A DNA stretch of 64,000 bases, from positions 701 to 64,700 of the forward strand of contig JBAYFY010000002.1 in NCBI GenBank assembly GCA_041666945.1. The letters are read 5' to 3'. The translations under genes were made by a program, and so were the position numbers. Source of the stretch: Candidatus Buchananbacteria bacterium (GTDB lineage: Bacteria > Patescibacteriota > Patescibacteriia > 2-01-FULL-39-33). Shown here piece after piece: positions 18,120 to 27,651 of this stretch; position 1 is the stretch's first letter, and every line of letters starts with the position of its first letter. The notes beneath the pieces are model-generated. The model was not told where the DNA came from. It saw only the letters and a program-made list of their open reading frames with translations, and ran no database searches.

Positions 18120-18210
18120 AAACCGTCATTCCCGCGCGCCTTGCCTGCCGGCAGGCAGGGGTGGGAATCCACTGAATAAAAACCGTCATTCCCGCGGAGG
18201 CGGGAATCCA
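18112..18210. repeat. two tandem REP-like units (GTCATTCCCGCG...GCGGGAATCC), first with a nested GCCTGCCGGCAGGC palindrome
   Basis: CTGAATAAAAACCGTCATTCCCGCG repeated at 18112 and 18172. Confidence 0.85.
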
Positions 18211-18511
18211 TGACATTAATAAATAATAAGGATTAACACTAATTAAAATTAAGGCGTGTGTTTCCCGATAAGTTTTAGTCCGCTTTCGCTTATTGCAAAT
18301 TTTCAAGAATGGCGGAACAAGGAAAATTTTCAAATTTTCTAACATAAATAAATACCTGCTTAGGGCGGGTATTTATTTTTTTTACTTTCCGGCATCGCCG
18401 GACAATAACTTGATTAAGAGTAAAATTGTTCCCAAGATAAATTTGGCGCCGCCGGCAAAATTATGTTATAATTAATACGTCTCCGATTGCGACAATCGGA
18501 CAAATAACGAC

Positions 18512-20290
18512 ATGCAACCGAATATTTACGACAATATTTTGTATTCCGTGGCCAACAACAATCTGTCGGAAAGTTTTTTAATTTGGTTTTTGCAGTTTAG
18601 CGAAATGAATCCGGTGGAAATCGGCTGGTATTTTTTCTGGCACGGCGGCTGGGTGCTGTTCGTTTTGATGTTCATGTGGCGTTCTTACAAGGATATTTTT
18701 TTGGAGAACCAGTCCGGCCGATTCCAGAGCAAATGGAAATGGCGTTTTTTGGCGGTGGATATCCCCAAAAACAACGAGCAAACGCCCAAGGCCGTGGAAA
18801 ATGTTTTTGCCGCTCTGGCCGGAGTTTTTACCTCCTCCAATTTGGTTGACAAATATTGGAACGGCAAGGTGACGGAGAGTTTTTCTTTTGAAGTCGTATC
18901 CCTGGAAGGCCACACCAGATTTTTCATCCGCACTCCGGCGCATTTCCTTGACTTTATCCAAGCCGCGATTTATTCCCAATATCCGGACGCGGAAATCACC
19001 GAGGTTGACGATTACACCAATTACGATTCGGAAGACGTTGATCCTAAAACCGGCCAACCCGTTACTTTTTCCAAATTGCATTTTCCCAATAAGATTTATA
19101 ATCTTTGGGGCGCGGAATTCATTTTGACCAGAAAATATCCCTTTCCCATTAAAACTTATGAAGAATTTGAACACCGCTTGAGCCAGGCCTTTTTGGATCC
19201 CATGTCAAATTTATTGGAGAACATGAGCCGTCTCGGTCCGGGCGAACAGACCTGGATTCAGGTTATAGTCCAGCCGCAAGGCGCTCCTTATTGGAAAGCG
19301 GAAACGGTAAAAAAGGTTTTGACCGAGCTAAAGAAAGAGGTTTATAAGCCGCCGGAGACCTTTAATCCCGCCGACATTATCAATAAACCCATGGGCGGCG
19401 CGCTTGATTGGGGTATGGGATTAGTCGGCCATGCCATTGGCTTGGAATTAGGCGCGGCGGGCGATAAGAAAAAAGAAGAAGATCAATGGAAGATGTTCAA
19501 AATGTCGCCGGGCGAGCGCACGGTTTTGGAAATGGTGGAAAAAAAGATAGCCAAGCATCAATTTAAGGTCAAGTATCGCATGATTTATCTGGCCAAGAAG
19601 GAGGTCTTTGCCAAGGGTCGCGGCGTAACCGGCATTACCGGCGCCATTAATCAATTCAACACCACTAACGCCAACGGTTTTAAGCCCGGCGCCTATACCA
19701 AAACCGCCGCCGATTATTTTTTTGTCAATCACCGCATTGCCGAAAAACAAAACCGCATTTTGCGTTGGTTTTGCCGGCGCCATGCCTGGTATGGCGAGAG
19801 CAACGTGGATGAAAAAGTCACCTTTCTTAATCCTGAAGAATTGGCTACCATTTGGCACTTCCCGGTAATGACGGTCAAAGCGACGGAAGTCGGTATGATC
19901 CAAAGCAAAAAAGCGGCTCCGCCCACTCGTTTGCCCTATGAACAGCGCGTCGGCCCGGCGAAAAAAGAAGAACGGCCGGCCTATAACCGTCCCATTGCCC
20001 CTGCCGCGCCGGTTTCTCCAAATCAAATGTTTGCCGCTTCACCTGTTGCGCCCGCTTATCAACCATTAGCAGGGGAACCGTCTTATGAACCGGCGCCTGG
20101 CGTGCCTCCGGTCGCTCCGCCTTTGCCCGATATGGCAATGCCTTCTTCGCCACCGGCAGTGGAGCCGGCTTATCAACCGCAATCGCAATACACGTCGCAA
20201 CAACCGGCTTATGCGCCGCCGCCCGATAATTTGGGCCAAGGAACCGTGCCCTCAAGAAAAGGCGCGCCGCCGCCTAATTTGCCCTATTAA
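18512..20290 (+). CDS. conserved membrane protein partnered with VirD4-like ATPase; Pro-rich tail
   Basis: TM segment, IPKNNEQTPKAVE, FSFEVVS, IYSQYPDAEITEVDDY, LNPEELATIWHFP, APPPNLP. Confidence 0.75.
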   Translation: MQPNIYDNILYSVANNNLSESFLIWFLQFSEMNPVEIGWYFFWHGGWVLFVLMFMWRSYKDIFLENQSGRFQSKWKWRFLAVDIPKNNEQTPKAVENVFAALAGVFTSSNLVDKYWNGKVTESFSFEVVSLEGHTRFFIRTPAHFLDFIQAAIYSQYPDAEITEVDDYTNYDSEDVDPKTGQPVTFSKLHFPNKIYNLWGAEFILTRKYPFPIKTYEEFEHRLSQAFLDPMSNLLENMSRLGPGEQTWIQVIVQPQGAPYWKAETVKKVLTELKKEVYKPPETFNPADIINKPMGGALDWGMGLVGHAIGLELGAAGDKKKEEDQWKMFKMSPGERTVLEMVEKKIAKHQFKVKYRMIYLAKKEVFAKGRGVTGITGAINQFNTTNANGFKPGAYTKTAADYFFVNHRIAEKQNRILRWFCRRHAWYGESNVDEKVTFLNPEELATIWHFPVMTVKATEVGMIQSKKAAPPTRLPYEQRVGPAKKEERPAYNRPIAPAAPVSPNQMFAASPVAPAYQPLAGEPSYEPAPGVPPVAPPLPDMAMPSSPPAVEPAYQPQSQYTSQQPAYAPPPDNLGQGTVPSRKGAPPPNLPY

Positions 20291-20355
20291 ATACCGCTTT
20301 GCAGTAATTTTGCTTTTAGCATTATTTAATAAGGTGAACTATTCGTTTAATCAGT

Positions 20356-22407
20356 ATGACCGAACCAAATAACAACGTAACAATTTTCGGCGAAACCAAC
20401 TATCGCAACGCGCAACGATCTTTCGGGATTAAGCGCGACGATCGGCGGCGCCATATGTATGTCATCGGTAAAACCGGCATGGGAAAAACCACCCTGCTGG
20501 AGAATCTTATTATTTCCGATATTTTAAACGGCGAGGGCTGCTGCTATATTGATCCGCACGGCGATACGGCGGAAAAGCTGTTGGATTTCATTCCGCCGCA
20601 CCGCATTAACGACGTAATTTATCTCAATCCGGCCGATGCCGAATTCCCCATCGCTTTCAACGTATTGGAATCGGTGGATGAAATCAACAAGAATTTCGTC
20701 GCCTCCGGCCTTATTTCAGTTTTTAAGAAGCTCTGGGCCGATTCCTGGGGTCCGCGTTTGGAATACATTTTGCGCAACACCATTTTGTCGCTTTTGGATT
20801 ATCCCGGTTCCACCTTGCTGGGCATCATGCGCATTTTGGTGGAAAAGGACTATCGCGAGAAGGTCGTGGCCAAAATCAAGGATCCGGTGGTGCGCAGTTT
20901 TTGGGTCAACGAATATTCCAAATGGAATGAGAAGACCTTGCAGGAAGTCATTTCACCCATCCAGAACAAGGTCGGACAATTCTTGTCTAATTTTTTAATT
21001 CGCAATATTGTCGGCCAGGTAACTTCCACCATTGATTTGCGGGAAATCATGGATAACAAAAAAATCCTTATTTTGAATCTGGCCAAAGGAAAAATCGGCG
21101 AAGACACTATGAAACTTTTGGGTTCCATGATCGTAACCAAGTTATATTTGGCGGCCATGAGCCGGGTGGATATTCTGGAAAAGGATCGCCCTGATTTTTA
21201 TCTGTATGTGGATGAATTTCAGAATTTTGCCACGGAAAGTTTTGCCAATATTTTATCCGAAGCCAGAAAGTACCGTCTCAATTTGATTGTGGCGCATCAA
21301 TACATTGAGCAATTGCCCGAAGAAGTGGCGGCGGCCGTGTTCGGCAACGTCGGCACTTTGATTTGTTTCCGGGTCGGCGCCGCCGATGCCGAGAAATTAG
21401 TATTGGAATTCGCGCCGTTTTTTACGGAAGAGGATCTGGTCAATCTGCCGGCTTTCGCTGTTTATCTTAAATTGATGATTGACGGCGTGTCTTCCGATCC
21501 GTTTTCCGCCGCTACTTTGCCGCCGCTGTTTGAAGAATATCGCACCAATAATAGCGAGAAGGTAACTTATGTTTCCCGCGAACGCTACGCCAACCCGCGC
21601 ACGGTGGTGGAAGACAAAATTAACCGCTGGAGCGCCACTGATTTGAGCACGCGGATGGGCGATATCGCCGCTCACGCCGAAAAAGGCGAATTAAAAATGG
21701 GCGAAGTGGTGCCGATGAAAGAACCGGTGGCCGGTCCGACGATTTCCTTGTCGGCTTTAGGCACCGGCACTTTGCCGTCTACGCCGCCTCGGCCGATGGT
21801 GTGGCCCAGACGTGACGAACGTCCGGTTAGACGCGATACCCGGTCTTTTAACCGCGATGGCAGGCAAGATGATCGCCCGCTTCGGCGCGATGACCGTTCC
21901 TTTCAGCGCGATGACCGCAGTTCACGAGATGTCCCCATGACGGAAAGACGGGAAGAACGCCCGCGAGAAGAGCGGCCGGACGACAGGCGCGTTGGCGAGA
22001 GCCGCGACAGTTACGGCCAACCGGCAAGAAAAGACGCGGGAGAACGCCGCGAGTTCGGCAAGTTTGACGCGAAGTGTTCCATGTGCGGCAATATGTTCAA
22101 GCTGAATTTTCAGCCGGAAAAGGGCCGGCCGGTGTATTGCGGCGATTGCTTTAAAAAAGTCAAAGACCAGCGACGCAAGCCGGAACCGGAACGCGAGCCG
22201 GCGATCAAGATGCTGGAACAATTGGTGCGCCGCGAAGATACGGATGATGCCCCGCCTTTGAGTTTGTCGTCGCTCCAGCCGCGTCAGCCGATTCTGCCGC
22301 CGCCGGATTTAAGCGCCGGACCGGCTATGCCATCAGCCGCTTTGCCGGATAATCCGCCGGCCGACGAGGAAGTGGAAGAGATCTATCAAACGAGACAGCA
22401 ACGATAA
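20356..22407 (+). CDS. VirD4/TraG/HerA-like P-loop ATPase with C-terminal CxxC-x17-CxxC zinc domain
   Basis: GKTGMGKT Walker A, YIDPHGD, LYVDEFQNF Walker B, SEARKYRL, CSMC...VYCGDC. Confidence 0.88.
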   Translation: MTEPNNNVTIFGETNYRNAQRSFGIKRDDRRRHMYVIGKTGMGKTTLLENLIISDILNGEGCCYIDPHGDTAEKLLDFIPPHRINDVIYLNPADAEFPIAFNVLESVDEINKNFVASGLISVFKKLWADSWGPRLEYILRNTILSLLDYPGSTLLGIMRILVEKDYREKVVAKIKDPVVRSFWVNEYSKWNEKTLQEVISPIQNKVGQFLSNFLIRNIVGQVTSTIDLREIMDNKKILILNLAKGKIGEDTMKLLGSMIVTKLYLAAMSRVDILEKDRPDFYLYVDEFQNFATESFANILSEARKYRLNLIVAHQYIEQLPEEVAAAVFGNVGTLICFRVGAADAEKLVLEFAPFFTEEDLVNLPAFAVYLKLMIDGVSSDPFSAATLPPLFEEYRTNNSEKVTYVSRERYANPRTVVEDKINRWSATDLSTRMGDIAAHAEKGELKMGEVVPMKEPVAGPTISLSALGTGTLPSTPPRPMVWPRRDERPVRRDTRSFNRDGRQDDRPLRRDDRSFQRDDRSSRDVPMTERREERPREERPDDRRVGESRDSYGQPARKDAGERREFGKFDAKCSMCGNMFKLNFQPEKGRPVYCGDCFKKVKDQRRKPEPEREPAIKMLEQLVRREDTDDAPPLSLSSLQPRQPILPPPDLSAGPAMPSAALPDNPPADEEVEEIYQTRQQR

Positions 22408-22442
22408 ATAATTTTTAATCGGCTGCTAGTTTTATGCCGTAA

Positions 22443-22592
22443 GCCAATATAGTCCCCCGGGGCAAGCCCCAGAGTAATAGAGATTGCGTACTAAATAACC
22501 CGGCAAGCCAAGCAGTATTTGACTATATTGGCGTCGCTCGCTCGGAATCCAGCGCTTTGAAGCGCTGGTTCGCTCGCTCACTAGCCAATAAA
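22443..22592 (+). repeat. structured ~115-150 bp intergenic element, copy A
   Basis: 12-bp outer IR GCCAATATAGTC/GACTATATTGGC enclosing two GCAA-loop hairpins; homologous to the reverse complement of 27523-27635. Confidence 0.85.
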
Positions 22593-22604
22593 TAAGTCAA
22601 TTAT

Positions 22605-23189
22605 ATGTCCGAAACCATCAAAAATCTGGCCAAAGCGTTCATCGGCGAATCGCAAGCCAGAAATCGTTATACCATGTATAGCAAAGTCGCTAAAAAGGAG
22701 GGATATGAACAGATTGCCGAGATATTTTTAATCACCGCGGACAATGAGCGTGAACACGCAGCCAAACTGTTTGAGGAAATCCAAAATTTGAAAAAACACT
22801 CCAAAGAGGATTTGGCGGCGATTAAGGTTGAAGCCGAAGCGCCCACGACTTATGGCACCACGGCGGAAAATTTAAAAGCCGCCATTGCCGGAGAGAATTG
22901 GGAATATGTTACCATGTATCCGGAGTTTGCCGCTAAGGCCGAAGAGGAGGGCTATGACAAGATCGCCACGCGTTTGAAATCAATCGCCATAGCCGAAAAG
23001 CATCATGAAGAAAGATACATAAAATTGTTGCGGCAAGTTGAAGCCGGTACGGTTTTCAAGAAGGAAGAAGAGGTTTGGTGGATCTGCCGCGAATGCGGTT
23101 ATGCGCATTTCGGCAAGGAAGCGCCCAAGGAGTGCCCGTCCTGCAACCATGCCCGGGCTTTTTATCAGCTTAAGTGCGAAGAATACTAA
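22605..23189 (+). CDS. rbr: rubrerythrin
   Basis: AFIGESQARNRY, EREHA, EKHHEER, C-terminal rubredoxin-like CRECGY...CPSC. Confidence 0.94.
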   Translation: MSETIKNLAKAFIGESQARNRYTMYSKVAKKEGYEQIAEIFLITADNEREHAAKLFEEIQNLKKHSKEDLAAIKVEAEAPTTYGTTAENLKAAIAGENWEYVTMYPEFAAKAEEEGYDKIATRLKSIAIAEKHHEERYIKLLRQVEAGTVFKKEEEVWWICRECGYAHFGKEAPKECPSCNHARAFYQLKCEEY

Positions 23190-23200
23190 ATTAGTTAGTC

Positions 23201-23248
23201 GTTACTTAATGAAATACTTAAAATGTTACTTAATGAAATACTTAAAAT
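23201..23248. repeat. 24-bp perfect tandem duplication
   Basis: GTTACTTAATGAAATACTTAAAAT x2 between rbr and dfx. Confidence 0.85.
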
Positions 23249-23301
23249 ATTGAATAAAATTACTTCAAAACTGCCAACTAACAATTAATTGCTAAAAACT
23301 T

Positions 23302-23673
23302 ATGAAACTAAACGAAGTTTACAAATGCCCGATTTGCGGCAATATCGTGGAAGTCGTTCATGTGGGCGGAGCGGCTCTGGTCTGTTGCGGCCAGGAGATG
23401 ATTTTGCAAGTGGAAAATTCCGTTGATGCCGCGCAAGAGAAGCATGTGCCGGTGATTGAAAAAACTGAAACGGGGATAAAAGTCAAAATCGGCGCCGCGC
23501 CTCATCCCATGGAAGAGGTCCATTATATTGAGTGGATTGAGATTATTGTTGATGATCGGGTTGATCGCAAATATTTGAAGCCGGGAGACGCTCCCGAAGT
23601 CGAATTCAATCGGATCGGAGAAAACATTACCGCCCGCGCCTATTGCAATCTGCACGGCTTGTGGAAAAAATGA
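23302..23673 (+). CDS. dfx: desulfoferrodoxin / superoxide reductase
   Basis: YKCPICGN...[28 protein letters not shown]. Confidence 0.95.
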   Translation: MKLNEVYKCPICGNIVEVVHVGGAALVCCGQEMILQVENSVDAAQEKHVPVIEKTETGIKVKIGAAPHPMEEVHYIEWIEIIVDDRVDRKYLKPGDAPEVEFNRIGENITARAYCNLHGLWKK

Positions 23674-23728
23674 TTTTGGACTGAAATTTAATGCCGATTA
23701 AAAATTAATCAAATCCAATCAAAATAAT

Positions 23729-23765
23729 AAAAAACAGCCGCCTCCCATTCGGGTGGCGGCTTTTT
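23729..23765. terminator. bidirectional terminator
   Basis: A run, AGCCGCC...GGCGGCT, T run between convergent genes. Confidence 0.7.
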
Positions 23766-23816
23766 GAAAGTGCGGATTAAGCGGATTAAGATGCCGTTAA
23801 ACAGGCCTAACTGTTT

Positions 23817-24392
23817 TCAGGTATTTTTTCGCTTGATGTCGAGATAGAGGGTTTGGTAAGATAACCCCTCGTTAATTAATGGTTCAGTTTTCAAGCCAAC
23901 CTTCAATCGGTAACCGGCGCTTCGGCATAGTGAAGCAAGTTCTTTGTATTGAGGCAGGTTTAGCACCTGTATCATAGTAACGGGGAAAACATCAGCCGCC
24001 TTTGTTTTTATATGGCGGCAAAACATCAGAAGACGGGGTGAATACAATATTACATCGTTTTGCGCTTCTTTAAAGAAAGAGGCGAATTGTTCAAGCGTCT
24101 GCGCTTGCAGTTTTTCTTTTGCTTCATGCTCAAATCCGTCGCCCGAGGCGTTACCGGGGGCTGGCGCCGGCGGTTCTTCCAAAGTTTGTTCCGCGACGAT
24201 AATCTTGTCAAAAACCTTGTCATAAATCCGTTCCAGCCAAAAGCCCGTTCCGTCGCTTCCGGCGGTAAAGCAATAACCATGCTCCAGCATGGTTGCCACA
24301 GCCGTTTGCGTGTCAACAGCCACAACAGCTATTACTTGATCAAGGGAACGGAATTCAAAAATTTTGGTCTTCAGCGTTTCTTCATCAGGCAT
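23817..24392 (-). CDS. orphan hypothetical protein (SD-led cassette, gene 3)
   Basis: 191 aa; SD CAGGAG. Confidence 0.7.
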   Translation of the reverse strand: MPDEETLKTKIFEFRSLDQVIAVVAVDTQTAVATMLEHGYCFTAGSDGTGFWLERIYDKVFDKIIVAEQTLEEPPAPAPGNASGDGFEHEAKEKLQAQTLEQFASFFKEAQNDVILYSPRLLMFCRHIKTKAADVFPVTMIQVLNLPQYKELASLCRSAGYRLKVGLKTEPLINEGLSYQTLYLDIKRKNT

Positions 24393-24419
24393 ATTCTGTT
24401 CTCCTGCCGTTTCGGTGGG

Positions 24420-24878
24420 TTATTCTTTCCAATCAATAGTAACACTGATCAGGCCGGTATCTTCTTGGATTGTTGATTCATACCGCAGCTCATTCTTTAC
24501 GCAAAAATCCTCAATTATTTCGCCGGCGAAAGGCGCAAATTGTGTCAGATAAGCACTTTTGAATAAATTAATGATTTGTTGGGTTCTGGGCGGTTGATGG
24601 CGTTCAGAGCTAAGTCCGTCAATTTCATCTTTTAATAACTTATTCAAGTCAATGAAATCGAAACTGCAACTGGTTTTCTCTTTTTCAGCCGCCGCCATAA
24701 GCGTTTGCGGCAATTTTTCAATCAGATCATTAGCCCAATCAATAAACGGTTTCATTCGTTTGAGTCGCTCTTCCTGCTCTTTATCTTCCCTCACTCGTCT
24801 GCTGTTTTTAACATTTATCCGTAACAGTTGTCCGAGAGTGCTTTTCTTTTCGGAACTCTCATTTGTAGGATTTCCCAT
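24420..24878 (-). CDS. orphan hypothetical protein (SD-led cassette, gene 2)
   Basis: start reassigned to ATG 24878 after GGGAGGAG; 152 aa. Confidence 0.7.
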   Translation of the reverse strand: MGNPTNESSEKKSTLGQLLRINVKNSRRVREDKEQEERLKRMKPFIDWANDLIEKLPQTLMAAAEKEKTSCSFDFIDLNKLLKDEIDGLSSERHQPPRTQQIINLFKSAYLTQFAPFAGEIIEDFCVKNELRYESTIQEDTGLISVTIDWKE

Positions 24879-24942
24879 ATTTTTCTCCTCCCAAGTTTTT
24901 TCGGTTTTTGGTTTGGCAGAAAATGAAAAATATACGGTAAAA

Positions 24943-25209
24943 TCAAAATGCGGAAGATACGGCAAAATCAAAATTCAAAACTATCACGCCGTTAGACAGT
25001 TGCATCATGGCGGTTAAGCTGGCTTGTGGTATAACCTCGGTCACGGCAGATTTGGCCAATGATATTTGCGCTGTCGGATCTTTTAATGGTTTAATGCAAA
25101 TTAGTCCATTATCCAACCAAAAACAGGAGACATTGTCATCCAGCACCTGTTTTAAAGCGTTTTCTAAACCAGTTAACTGTTTTACGGTTGCGACGGGTTT
25201 GTCAGCCAT
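24943..25209 (-). CDS. orphan hypothetical protein (SD-led cassette, gene 1)
   Basis: SD CAGGAGG; promoter TTGACA (25375-25380) with TG-TAATAT; boxA-like GTTCTTTACAATT at 25327-25339. Confidence 0.65.
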   Translation of the reverse strand: MADKPVATVKQLTGLENALKQVLDDNVSCFWLDNGLICIKPLKDPTAQISLAKSAVTEVIPQASLTAMMQLSNGVIVLNFDFAVSSAF

Positions 25210-25488
25210 GGTTGTCCCTCCTGTTGCAGCGTTGTTTTGGATTATTACTATTTTTTCTTACCCGTATAATCTTTATTTTTTTATCCTTTTTGCCCGCAGA
25301 CGCGTTTTGTTTATGCCCTCCCATTCAATTGTAAAGAACTTCAATGCCGTATATTATCATTTTTGACCGCATCTTGTCAATATTGCTTAAACCGTTGTAT
25401 TTATTGTATGATTTATAGGTCAAACGACTTTTCCGTTGTCATCCCCAAGTATCAATATGTAAGTGGAGAAGCTACTTTATAACGCAAG

Positions 25489-25551
25489 CGATTCCTCCGC
25501 CGCGTCCGTTATCCGTCAACCGAAAGAGGCGGGACTTCCGGTCGGAATGAC
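25489..25551. repeat. REP-like element GATTCCTCCGC...GGTCGGAATGAC with an expanded internal segment
   Basis: ends resemble the GTCATTCC/GGAATGAC REP class at 18125; middle expanded by about 35 nt. Confidence 0.5.
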
Positions 25552-25597
25552 AATATGAAGTGAATTTTATTGATAAACGTTAATTTACATCAAACCT

Positions 25598-27520
25598 GTG
25601 TCTTCCCCCGAGATAGAACAAATCAAAGCCAAAATAGACGTCGCCGAGCTCCTCGGCGAATATTTGAAATTGTTGCCGGCCGGCGCGGGAGCGTACAAGG
25701 CGCTCTGCCCCTTCCATAACGAGAAGACGCCCTCGCTGATGGTTTCGCCGGCTCGCGGCAGTTGGCATTGTTTCGGTTGCGGCGCGGGCGGGGATATTTT
25801 TGAGTTTTTAATGAAGATGGAAAATATTGATTTTCCCGAAGCGTTAAAAATTTTGGCGCAAAAGGCCGGCGTTGCTTTGTCGCGCCATCGGCCGGAAATC
25901 GCCAGCAGAAAAAACAACTTGTATGATATTTGCGATTTGGCCGCCAGGTATTGGCAGAAGGTGCTTGCGGAATCGCCGCGAGCGCAAGCGGCGCGCGATT
26001 ATCTGGCCGGCCGCGGCGTCAGTGAAGAGACGATAGAGAATTTTAAGATCGGTTACGCCATTGACGACTGGAGCAACCTTGTTGATTTTTTGAAGAAAAG
26101 GGGTTTTGCCGAACAGGAAATATTTTCTGCCGGCTTCACTGTCAGAAAAGAGCGGGGGAGCGGATATTATGACCGTTTCCGGAATCGCGTCATGTTTCCC
26201 ATCATTGACCACAACGGCCGGGTGTGCGGTTTTACCGGACGGACGCTGTCCAAGGATGAGCCGGCCAAGTATGTCAACACGCCCCAGACCGATGTTTATA
26301 ACAAAAGCGCCATCGTCTTCGCTTTGTATCAGGCCAAAAACGAAATCAGGAAACAGGATTTTGCCGTGGTGGTGGAGGGCCAGATGGACGCGGTCAGCTG
26401 CCATCAATACGGTTTCAAGAATACGGTCGCTTCTTCGGGTACGGCTTTGACCAAAGAGCAACTGCAACTGCTCAAACGCTACACCAATAATATTTGTTTC
26501 GCTCTGGATGCCGATGCGGCCGGCCAAAAAGCCACTGATCGCGGCAATGATCTGATTAATCAAATGGATAAAGTGGTGGTGGAGGGCCGGGACAGAAACG
26601 GCCGCGTTTCTCAATTCGTTGACCCGGCTTTGAGTTATAATTTGAACTTGAAAATAATCTCCATTCCCAGCGGCAAAGATCCGGATGAATGCCTGAAGAA
26701 GAATCCGGCGGATTGGGCGGAGGCGGTGTCTGCCGCCCAGCCGGCGCTGGAATATTTCTGGCGCGTGTCTTCAGCCGGCCGCGATTTGAGCGACCCGCAA
26801 ATAAAAAAACAAGTTGCCAAATTCCTGGGTGAGAAAATCGCCCGGCTGGATGATCCGATTGAACGCGATCATTGGCTGCAAGAGATCTCCCGCCGCCTGG
26901 GAGTAAGGGAAGAGGCCCTGCGGGAACTGGTCGCCAGGTTTGAAAGCCGGCTAAAAAGCCCCGCTGGGGCCCCTGTAAGGCCCCAAGATGCCGCCAGGTC
27001 AACCGTGCCCCAAAATACGACAAATGACCGGGATTTATTGATGTTTATGAGGATTTTGGCGTTAATCTGGACTTTTCCGGATTTTTTGGCCAAATTGGGG
27101 GATTATCTGGAACCGGAGGTTTGGATTGATCCGTTGGCCGAAGATCTTTACAAAAAAATTATTTTATTTTATACTGTAAACAACGAACTGTTTTCCATCA
27201 GCGCCGCTAAGCGGGAGGAACAAACCATATTTGACCTGTTTTATGACTGGGTCAAAACCCAAGCCGTGAGCGAGTCAGCGCTTAAAACACTCGAACAATC
27301 GTATCTTTTGGCGCAGAAGGATTTTGCCGATCTGGACGCCAAGGAAGCGAAAAACGAACTTGATACCCTTATCAGGTTGCTTAAAAGCAACTATCTTAAT
27401 GTCATGATTTCCCGCCTCAAGATAAAATTGGATGAAGCGGAGAAAACCGGCGACGCCGCGTCAGCCGAGAACATTTATTTGGAGTTATCCGAGCTGATTA
27501 AAAAGAAATCAGCGGTTTAG
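25598..27520 (+). CDS. dnaG: DNA primase
   Basis: CPFHNEKTPS...CFGC zinc finger, DRFRNRVMFPI, KYVNTP, EGQMD, DADAAG TOPRIM; GTG start; upstream of rpoD. Confidence 0.97.
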   Translation: MSSPEIEQIKAKIDVAELLGEYLKLLPAGAGAYKALCPFHNEKTPSLMVSPARGSWHCFGCGAGGDIFEFLMKMENIDFPEALKILAQKAGVALSRHRPEIASRKNNLYDICDLAARYWQKVLAESPRAQAARDYLAGRGVSEETIENFKIGYAIDDWSNLVDFLKKRGFAEQEIFSAGFTVRKERGSGYYDRFRNRVMFPIIDHNGRVCGFTGRTLSKDEPAKYVNTPQTDVYNKSAIVFALYQAKNEIRKQDFAVVVEGQMDAVSCHQYGFKNTVASSGTALTKEQLQLLKRYTNNICFALDADAAGQKATDRGNDLINQMDKVVVEGRDRNGRVSQFVDPALSYNLNLKIISIPSGKDPDECLKKNPADWAEAVSAAQPALEYFWRVSSAGRDLSDPQIKKQVAKFLGEKIARLDDPIERDHWLQEISRRLGVREEALRELVARFESRLKSPAGAPVRPQDAARSTVPQNTTNDRDLLMFMRILALIWTFPDFLAKLGDYLEPEVWIDPLAEDLYKKIILFYTVNNELFSISAAKREEQTIFDLFYDWVKTQAVSESALKTLEQSYLLAQKDFADLDAKEAKNELDTLIRLLKSNYLNVMISRLKIKLDEAEKTGDAASAENIYLELSELIKKKSAV

Positions 27521-27522
27521 TT

Positions 27523-27635
27523 TTTATTGGATAGTGAGCGAGCGACGCCAATATAGCCAAATACTGCTCGGCTTGCCGAGTTGTTAGTACGCAAGTTCTA
27601 TTATCGCCCCAGGGTTTACCCCGGGGGACTATATT
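27523..27635 (-). repeat. structured ~115 bp intergenic element, copy B (inverted relative to copy A)
   Basis: reverse complement aligns to 22446-22592 except for a 36-nt segment present only in copy A. Confidence 0.85.
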
Positions 27636-27651
27636 TTAAAAACAATTCGTC

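Noticed and set aside
17999-18345. ORFs MDSRLRGND... and ...WIPASAGMT...
   Set aside because: These are translations of the REP-like palindromes, not credible proteins.
18215-18385. Possible ncRNA or riboswitch before the terminator-like IR at 18347-18383
   Set aside because: No recognisable conserved motif or convincing structure by eye.
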